Below, piece by piece: positions 52,645-59,195 of a stretch of 59,195 nucleotides of DNA. The stretch is from the IMG/VR virus record IMGVR_UViG_3300044825_002433, positions 1 to 59,195 of that record. The stretch is one strand, 5' to 3'. The position numbers were made by a program, and so were the translations under genes. The notes under the pieces were generated by a model that had not been told where the DNA came from, ran no database searches, and saw only the letters and a program-made list of their open reading frames with translations. The DNA comes from a virus (Duplodnaviria; Caudoviricetes). Within the stretch, counting starts at the first letter, position 1, and each line of letters begins with the position of its first letter.

Positions 52645-52906
52645 CTGCTCTGCTCATAATTAGACGATCTAGTTTATCGTTTATACTTCGTAACCAAATT
52701 CGAATGTCTCCTAATTCTGTATTAAGATCTGATTTTAAGACGTACTTTATCGGTAATTCTTCAATCTTATCTTCCACAATTTCTACTCTCTTTTTTATAG
52801 ATTCAAAACGGGAGTTTATTACAGACTGCCGCTGTTGGTGCGACCAGGTGAACAGCCCTAGCACCGTGGCTAAACCAGCAATTAGAGCTTCCAAACCCAC
52901 GACCAA
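52631..52906 (-). CDS. Membrane-anchored coiled-coil protein
   Basis: N-terminal TM, YVLKSD...INDKLDRLI. Confidence 0.6.
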   Translation of the reverse strand: MVVGLEALIAGLATVLGLFTWSHQQRQSVINSRFESIKKRVEIVEDKIEELPIKYVLKSDLNTELGDIRIWLRSINDKLDRLIMSRADEKQ

Positions 52907-52992
52907 CTTTTTACCTAGTTAAATTTTACTGTTTCTCGCGCTGTTAAAGGATAAATTTATCGTTTAAACTAAAGCTACTTGGACCGCTAGCT

Positions 52993-53430
52993 GTGAGCCA
53001 ATTCACCAAAAATTTAGAGTTAAACAACATTTTGGCTAGTGGAGTTTCTACCACTAATCAGCGCTCCACGTCGACTCATTTTGATCAGCGTCGTCAGCTG
53101 AATGCCAGCGGAGTAGTGGTTAATACCGCTCAGTCTCGCACTTACGCCGCTGATGGTCTTTACGGCATTGCTGACTATTATCCATTAGCCGTTAATGGTA
53201 CTGGTATTCTTCAGGTTGATATTCGCGATCACAATAATTGCGGTGATGTAATCATTCTTAACGCCTCTGGAGTTGAGGTCATGACTGCATCGCCTTCTAA
53301 ATTAAGCAGCCGTAAGACCACCATTACGCAACAGCGCATCTCCGCCAGCGGCACGCACTATGCGTACATCCAGGTTAAAGGTCGTTCCGGTTGCGAGTAT
53401 CGTGTGGGCATCGATTTGCAAGTTCGGTGA
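52993..53430 (+). CDS. Hypothetical beta-rich protein
   Basis: 145 aa, TAAACT 22 nt upstream. Confidence 0.55.
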   Translation: MSQFTKNLELNNILASGVSTTNQRSTSTHFDQRRQLNASGVVVNTAQSRTYAADGLYGIADYYPLAVNGTGILQVDIRDHNNCGDVIILNASGVEVMTASPSKLSSRKTTITQQRISASGTHYAYIQVKGRSGCEYRVGIDLQVR

Positions 53431-54653
53431 AACTTTCGGAAAACGGTCTCAACCTTCTTAAACGGTTTGAAGGCTGTCGGTTACGCGCGTATCGAGATAT
53501 TGCAAATGTTCTTACGATCGGATACGGGCACACTGGTCCTGATGTAGTCGAGAACCTTTTAATTACATCCGAGGAGGCTGAGAATCTCCTTCGCTCGGAT
53601 GTTCAGAGATTTGAGTTTGGTGTAAGTAATTCTTTAAAAGTTAAAGTAAATCAAAACGAGTTTGATGCTTTAGTTAGCTTTTCGTTCAATATTGGATTAG
53701 GGGCTTTCAGTTCGTCCACTCTTTTGAAGCTTCTTAACGACAACACAGATCGAACCATCGTCGCATCTGAATTCTTAAAGTGGTGTAAAGCAGATGGTGT
53801 TGTTGTAGAAGGTTTAAAAAGACGCCGGGAAGCCGAGAAAGGGTTATTCTTAGCCAAAGTCTTACACCCTCTCTTGACGACCTCCATTCTGGCTAAGAAG
53901 GACACGTGGCTGAAGCGAGAGCCCAAGCAATCGTCAGAGCTACCTGCTGAGCGGAAACTGTTTGTTCCTAAGGGGTCTGCCCATGAGTGGGCTGAGATCA
54001 CCATGCTTTCTGGGGAGCCCCATTATCGGGTAACTCTGAAAGCTCAACCCTCACAGCCTTGGTGGATTTGGCCCGCCGATTTCAAAATAATTAACGATAT
54101 AGAATCCACTGAGTCTCCCGCTGTTCCTCGTGTTTTAAACGTTCCTTATTATTCTCAGCGGGATAACTATGTGAACGCGCTGTCTACTTGCTACAGCAGT
54201 GCCAATGCGATGTTAGTTAAATATTTAAAACCCGATGCCATAGCGTCTGACGACCAGTATTTAAGAACTGTTTATAAATACGGAGAATCTGAGGAAGCTT
54301 CCGCCCAGCTGAGCGCCCTTCGAGAATACGGAATCCCTGCCACGTTCCAACAAAATGGCTCGTGGAGCTCCTTAGATGCGCAACTTGCTGCTGGTATCCC
54401 TGTTCCTATCGGTATTCTCCACAAAGGTCCTGTGTCGTCTCCTACTGGAAACGGGCATTGGATCGTTGTGATTGGTAAGTCGCAAGACGGTAAAGGATAT
54501 GTAGTGAATGATCCCTTCGGTGATCTAGACCTAGTCTCCGGCACTTACATTAGTACAAACGGCAAAGGGCTTACCTACTCCAAAAAGAACCTAGGACCTC
54601 GCTGGCTGGTTGAAGGCCCCAACAGCGGCTGGTACATAAAGGCATCTAAATGA
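53427..54653 (+). CDS. Endolysin: GH24 lysozyme + C39-like cysteine peptidase
   Basis: LKRFEG, TIGYGH, GLKRRREAE; VPYYSQRDN, CYSS, GHWIVVIG, VNDP. Confidence 0.88.
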   Translation: MKLSENGLNLLKRFEGCRLRAYRDIANVLTIGYGHTGPDVVENLLITSEEAENLLRSDVQRFEFGVSNSLKVKVNQNEFDALVSFSFNIGLGAFSSSTLLKLLNDNTDRTIVASEFLKWCKADGVVVEGLKRRREAEKGLFLAKVLHPLLTTSILAKKDTWLKREPKQSSELPAERKLFVPKGSAHEWAEITMLSGEPHYRVTLKAQPSQPWWIWPADFKIINDIESTESPAVPRVLNVPYYSQRDNYVNALSTCYSSANAMLVKYLKPDAIASDDQYLRTVYKYGESEEASAQLSALREYGIPATFQQNGSWSSLDAQLAAGIPVPIGILHKGPVSSPTGNGHWIVVIGKSQDGKGYVVNDPFGDLDLVSGTYISTNGKGLTYSKKNLGPRWLVEGPNSGWYIKASK

Positions 54654-54871
54654 AGAACACTTCCATCAACCTGCCCCCTGCAGCGTGGCTCAATATTGCG
54701 CGTTGCGCTGACGAAAGAGCCAATTCGAAAACCTTTAATTGGGATGAAGATGACAGTCCTCTCGGAGATTTGATAACCCGAGAAATGGCTCGCATGTTAG
54801 CCTACCGCTGCGCTTTGATTCAAAATCTCTTACAAGATGTCCGCTGTGAAAAGTGTCAAGGATTTCAGTGA
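54650..54871 (+). CDS. Hypothetical protein
   Basis: ATGA overlap. Confidence 0.45.
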   Translation: MKNTSINLPPAAWLNIARCADERANSKTFNWDEDDSPLGDLITREMARMLAYRCALIQNLLQDVRCEKCQGFQ

Positions 54872-55127
54872 AGCTGAGCTTCAAGCAGTCCTTCTTAATT
54901 GGGACGTCAAAGCTGAACAGGACAAGGCAGATTTTATAGAGGCTCTTTATCAGTTTTATTTGCCTTCTAACCACTCATATACTGGGCTGTATCAGCAGTT
55001 TGCTCAAGATCTCTTATTATCTTTTAAGTCTATGATTTTGTCTGGTGAATTTAAACTAAAACCCGCGTCAGCAGAAGATGATTCCACCAAGATCGATAAC
55101 TCTAATGCTCCTTTATGCGACATCTAG
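54837..55127 (+). CDS. Hypothetical protein
   Basis: 96 aa. Confidence 0.5.
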   Translation: MSAVKSVKDFSEAELQAVLLNWDVKAEQDKADFIEALYQFYLPSNHSYTGLYQQFAQDLLLSFKSMILSGEFKLKPASAEDDSTKIDNSNAPLCDI

Positions 55128-55174
55128 ATCTTTTCTTTTATCTTTTCTAGACTGGGATAAGTTCTTAATTCGTC

Positions 55175-55396
55175 ATGTCTCGAGATTACGACAGAGAATA
55201 TAAGACGTACCACGGTAAACCAGAACAGATAAAAAGGCGTGCTGCTCGTAACAAAGCGCGCGCTTATATGGTCAAAAACGGTAAAACTCATAAGGGAGAT
55301 CCGCGCGAAGTGGATCACAAAAACAAGAATCCCTTAGATAATTCACCGGATAATATTAGAATGAGGGACAAGAGTGCAAACAGGCGGGATCAGTAG
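55175..55396 (+). CDS. Small HNH-like protein
   Basis: RDYDREY...EVDHKNKNPLDNSPDNIR...NR. Confidence 0.7.
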   Translation: MSRDYDREYKTYHGKPEQIKRRAARNKARAYMVKNGKTHKGDPREVDHKNKNPLDNSPDNIRMRDKSANRRDQ

Positions 55397-55890
55397 TGGC
55401 CGTTATTCCAGGCGCAGCCAGCCCCAACAACCCTGATGCTGCCGGGCAGCCCCGGTTTATGCCGGGTTTTATGGGTTACAACCGTGAGCCCGAGCTGTCT
55501 CTCCGGCGAACGTTCACTCTCGATGGATCCAACCGGATTGCTTCGCAACTCGAACACAACCGTGGGACTTACTCCCGCCCTCCGGTTCAGCCCGTCGAGT
55601 ACGCTCCCGGGAACATCAAAACCAGTCATTATGTGACTGGTGCTGTCGGCTATAACCAGCGGTCTATTGCCGCTCCTGACAGCGCTGACGACATGAGTCA
55701 GGCCCAATACATGATGTCGTTAGCTCAGGATAAACCTGAACAGCGCCTTCGAATGCAGGAAGAACTGCTGCTCAACGCTAAGCAGAATTTCTTGAATACT
55801 CGCGTAATCCCTACGGATTATGCAGCCATGACGCACAACACCGTCAACAACCTTATGTCCTTAGCTAAAGCTAAGAAGGAGGCCAAATGA
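55396..55890 (+). CDS. Hypothetical protein
   Basis: 164 aa. Confidence 0.55.
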   Translation: MAVIPGAASPNNPDAAGQPRFMPGFMGYNREPELSLRRTFTLDGSNRIASQLEHNRGTYSRPPVQPVEYAPGNIKTSHYVTGAVGYNQRSIAAPDSADDMSQAQYMMSLAQDKPEQRLRMQEELLLNAKQNFLNTRVIPTDYAAMTHNTVNNLMSLAKAKKEAK

Positions 55891-56021
55891 TGCGCGATTC
55901 GGATTTCCCCATCCGCATGGCGGGCGCTCGTCTTAATTTCGATTCCACCCGGTTAGCTGGCATTACACCTTCAGAGGTGACTCGGCGTTTACGTTATCAG
56001 GCGGCAAATCCTGCCACTTGA
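55887..56021 (+). CDS. Small peptide (44 aa)
   Basis: AAGGAGG RBS, ATGA overlap; MMRDSDFPIRMAGARL... Confidence 0.55.
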   Translation: MMRDSDFPIRMAGARLNFDSTRLAGITPSEVTRRLRYQAANPAT

Positions 56022-56051
56022 AGTAATATCAAGGGCAATTGAACTGCCCCC

Positions 56052-56762
56052 GTGGCTGAGTACACCCTTCCCGAAGTTCAGCTTGATTGGATTACTCCGT
56101 CGGCTGAGCAGGTTATGGCCCGTCATGCTCGTGTGTCTACGAGTAATCCGGATCGAGATGACTTCGAGAAGTTGCTGGCGTATTGCATAAAGCACTCACA
56201 CTGGAGTGTTTTTGAGCAAGCTTGTGCTTCTTTTGAGATCACGACGACCCGAGCTATCTCGCAGCAAATAATTCGCCATAAATCATTTAATTTTCAAGAA
56301 CTTAGTCAGCGTTATTCGGATCCTACGGACGTTTTAAAACAACACACGGAGTTCGCAGCTAACTTTGAACTACGAGCTCAAGATCATAAGAACCGTCAGA
56401 ACAGCATCGAATACGCCAACTCCGACATTGAAGAACGGTTTCGGCCTCGTATTAACCAACTGTTTTCGGATATTCAAGAGCTATACGCTGACATGCTCTC
56501 AGCCTCCGTGGCTAAGGAGTGCGCTCGCAATATTCTCCCTGTCGCAATGCCCACGCGGCTTCATATGACCGGCAGTATCCGCAGTTGGGTGTTTTACGTT
56601 GGGCTGCGTTCTGCTCCTGGAACTCAGAAAGAGCACAAACTTGTATCAGATTCTATCGGGAGATCTCTAGTCGAGCTGCTCCCTGTAACTATTTCTGCGG
56701 TGTTATCGCAAGCCAAATCAGGTTCTAACCAAGGGTTGACTGGTTGGAATTTCATCCAATAA
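56052..56762 (+). CDS. thyX: FAD-dependent thymidylate synthase
   Basis: HWSVFE, RHKSFNFQELSQRY, KECARNILP. Confidence 0.93.
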   Translation: MAEYTLPEVQLDWITPSAEQVMARHARVSTSNPDRDDFEKLLAYCIKHSHWSVFEQACASFEITTTRAISQQIIRHKSFNFQELSQRYSDPTDVLKQHTEFAANFELRAQDHKNRQNSIEYANSDIEERFRPRINQLFSDIQELYADMLSASVAKECARNILPVAMPTRLHMTGSIRSWVFYVGLRSAPGTQKEHKLVSDSIGRSLVELLPVTISAVLSQAKSGSNQGLTGWNFIQ

Positions 56763-56789
56763 AAAAGGGGCCTCAGGCCCCTCTTCTTT
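56761..56789. terminator. Bidirectional terminator between convergent genes
   Basis: A run, aggggcc-tca-ggcccct, T-rich tail. Confidence 0.75.
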
Positions 56790-57370
56790 CAGCGAATAAG
56801 GTTTTGCCAAGGGTCTTCGTTGGACCCACCTGCGGGCGCCGCCATTGCCGGAGTTGGTGTAGCAGCTTTGACAGCCGCCGATTGAATCATTAACAGTTGT
56901 TGCTTTAAAGCACTATTTTCTTTGATGATTGGTTCGACCCGGCTGTCAGCCCAAGCAGCGGCGTTTGCCGTTAAGCGATCGAGAATGTGATCTGTGTGGG
57001 GGAAGCGGAAGAACACGCCTTCTTGGAGCTCAATCCGTTGACCGTTTTGATTTGCTGCCAAAGCTTCTAAGAACATCAGACCCTTAGAGAGATCTATGTT
57101 GCTTCGCACGCACAGCTGCTCCGGATTTATTACGCCTTTATATTGTTCGTAAAGCTCAGAAAAAACGGCGGATACCCGTGCGGCCTCGGCTACTTCTTGC
57201 TCCTTCTTAGAAGATGCTTCCTTCGCAATAGATGCACCGGCCAGAAGGGATCCAGCGCCAGCGAGCGCCACAGGAAGAGTACTAGGGTTCGCGACCGCAG
57301 AAGAAATGACGACAAGAGCACTGACTCCAGTAAGGGAACTAATTAGATGGTGTTTCAGCAGGTTTGTCAT
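56789..57370 (-). CDS. Hypothetical membrane protein
   Basis: Two N-terminal hydrophobic helices from ATG 57370. Confidence 0.55.
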   Translation of the reverse strand: MTNLLKHHLISSLTGVSALVVISSAVANPSTLPVALAGAGSLLAGASIAKEASSKKEQEVAEAARVSAVFSELYEQYKGVINPEQLCVRSNIDLSKGLMFLEALAANQNGQRIELQEGVFFRFPHTDHILDRLTANAAAWADSRVEPIIKENSALKQQLLMIQSAAVKAATPTPAMAAPAGGSNEDPWQNLIR

Positions 57371-59195
57371 GAGTGTCGAAAGCTGTTTTCCAAACAAGAG
57401 GGTCTGGGTTGGATGCCCACTCCACAGGAGAAGGCAGTCTGGTATCCCCGTGGGAGGCTCGATCCGTAGTCGGATCATAAGGCTTCAAGCGTAGACCAGT
57501 GAACACGGATTTGCCTTGAACAAATTTGGGTCCCACACCTTCGATTTTCAATACGTTGCGGGTTGTTTCCCTGAGTCGATCGACGAATCGAGGTTTGGCT
57601 GAGTGCTTGTACCCGTTCGATTTGCAGAAGTTTACATAGCTCGCATAGAGCTCGCTGTGTGCGTTTTTGACGAACAACCCGCGCTCGCTCTCATCTGTGT
57701 TGGGCCTGAAAGCGCCCCCACCGATAATGTTGTAGCTGTTTGGAGCATACAGAGTGCACTCAGCCAGCCAAGCGACGTATGGGTTGTTGAAGATGAGAGC
57801 TTCGAGGTTCGTTGCGTTGAGCGTGGGAACATGCTTAACCGGGTTCGCCAGCACGTCACGCATTTCCTCAAAAGGCATATCGAGAGCCCAGGTGACCACT
57901 CCGCTGAGTTCCGGGACAAGCTCCCCTTCGACTCGATCTTGGTAGATGTTTAGGAGATCGCGGCGCTGAGATGGAGGCACAACGCGGTCCATGATGATTG
58001 TTAGGCGGCGGCGCTCAAGACCGCTGCTGATGTCTGAGCTTGTGATGTGCTCGTTCGACGCAATACAAACCAGAACCTCAGGCTTAAAGCTGATGACCTC
58101 TTTTCCGTACTTTCGCTCAGCCCGCAGTGTGTCTGAGGCTGATGTGATTTTCTTTAGAACGTCGAGTCGCTTATTGAAGTTTGCTTCGTCTGTCAGCAAC
58201 AGAAGTCGCTTACCGATGAGGTTATGGCACTCGAACTTATTTGTCTCGATGATTTCAAGGTTGCTAGTGTGCGTCGCGGCGAATCCAGCCAAGGCGATCA
58301 GCAGTTGCTGCAGCGTGGATTTGCCGGTACCTCCCGGTCCTACCAAATGCAAGAAGCGCTCCCCGGTTGTGTATCCCGTGAGCAATGCCCGGCAGAATGC
58401 TCGAATGATGATGACTCGCTCTGTGCCTACACAAGAGTCAATCCACTGCAGAAACTTCGGACACTTCGCCGTTTTGTCGTAGGGATACGCGAGGCGGCTA
58501 CGCAGATACAGTTCTTTTTGATTGGCTTCGTCAAACTCGAAAGTCTCTGCGTCCAGCACCCCGTTGGTGAAAGCGATTTTCCCTCGGTTCTTACTCCAGA
58601 TCGACGTGCGTCCGCCGTCGATGGATTTAAGCAGCTTCGCTTTCAGGATGTGGTAGACCGAGCTCACCGTGGATGAGTTGTACCTCGGCAGCACGCCTGC
58701 TGTTACAAACGTATCTAGTGTTTTTACAATCCTACGCTTGATGTGTTGTTCGTCTTGCAGATACCATATTTTCTTATCGGAGTCGTATGTAAAGAACTCA
58801 TCTAGAGACGAATCGAATAAAAATTCTCCTCCGTAGTTATTTACGATAATGTCTGCTACATCGTTCTCTGAGAACTGTCTGTTGTTTTGCTGGATTTGAA
58901 CTAGCTGAGCCGGTGTGTTCGGCACTTCTTTTTCCTCGGTTGCTGTTGTTGATGTTGGTGTTGATGTTGTGTTGCCCGAGTTTGAGATATCAAACTCTGA
59001 AAGCTCTTCGAAAGACAAAACCGAATTAGTCGGTTTGGGCTTCGTGGTCTTGATCTGATCCTTGATTTCCTCAGAGCACAAAGCGTCGAAAGCACGACGG
59101 TTCGTTTTTTTGATTCGTTTCCAACCGGCCAGGTCGCCGTCTTCCGAGGCGATGGCGATGGCTGGCTTTAATTGGCTTGGATCAGTGATGCTGTT
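57339..59195 (-). CDS. D5/P4-family primase-helicase (SF3 helicase part), 5'-truncated by the window
   Basis: Walker A GPGGTGKST, Walker B LLLLTDE, IASN motif C; frame open to 59195. Confidence 0.88.
   Translation of the reverse strand, partial: NSITDPSQLKPAIAIASEDGDLAGWKRIKKTNRRAFDALCSEEIKDQIKTTKPKPTNSVLSFEELSEFDISNSGNTTSTPTSTTATEEKEVPNTPAQLVQIQQNNRQFSENDVADIIVNNYGGEFLFDSSLDEFFTYDSDKKIWYLQDEQHIKRRIVKTLDTFVTAGVLPRYNSSTVSSVYHILKAKLLKSIDGGRTSIWSKNRGKIAFTNGVLDAETFEFDEANQKELYLRSRLAYPYDKTAKCPKFLQWIDSCVGTERVIIIRAFCRALLTGYTTGERFLHLVGPGGTGKSTLQQLLIALAGFAATHTSNLEIIETNKFECHNLIGKRLLLLTDEANFNKRLDVLKKITSASDTLRAERKYGKEVISFKPEVLVCIASNEHITSSDISSGLERRRLTIIMDRVVPPSQRRDLLNIYQDRVEGELVPELSGVVTWALDMPFEEMRDVLANPVKHVPTLNATNLEALIFNNPYVAWLAECTLYAPNSYNIIGGGAFRPNTDESERGLFVKNAHSELYASYVNFCKSNGYKHSAKPRFVDRLRETTRNVLKIEGVGPKFVQGKSVFTGLRLKPYDPTTDRASHGDTRLPSPVEWASNPDPLVWKTAFDTHDKPAETPSN

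Overview
A 59 kb segment of a tailed dsDNA phage genome, most likely a freshwater cyanophage (inferred from gene content and protein families, not from a database search). No host flanks are visible and the primase gene runs off the right edge. Gene order: putative internal virion proteins; a glycosylation cluster around the large terminase; portal and an overlapping scaffold-like gene; a major capsid gene split into five exons by four group I introns; structural genes, Dps, a virion lysozyme-M23 fusion and regulators; duplicated tail-fibre cassettes; a short tyrosine recombinase beside a ~10 kb mosaic island of tail-fibre genes and small ORFs; then speD, lysis genes, thyX and a D5/P4-type primase-helicase. 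Best-supported discovery: the four-intron capsid gene. All splice sites follow from P1/P10 pairing and give a 371-aa protein; three introns carry LAGLIDADG endonucleases, two of them antisense. Most novel hypothesis: a recombinase-driven module-shuffling system using TAG-N9-CTA sites found in the recombinase leader, at gene junctions and in-frame at tail-fibre repeat boundaries. All family assignments come from motif recognition by eye.
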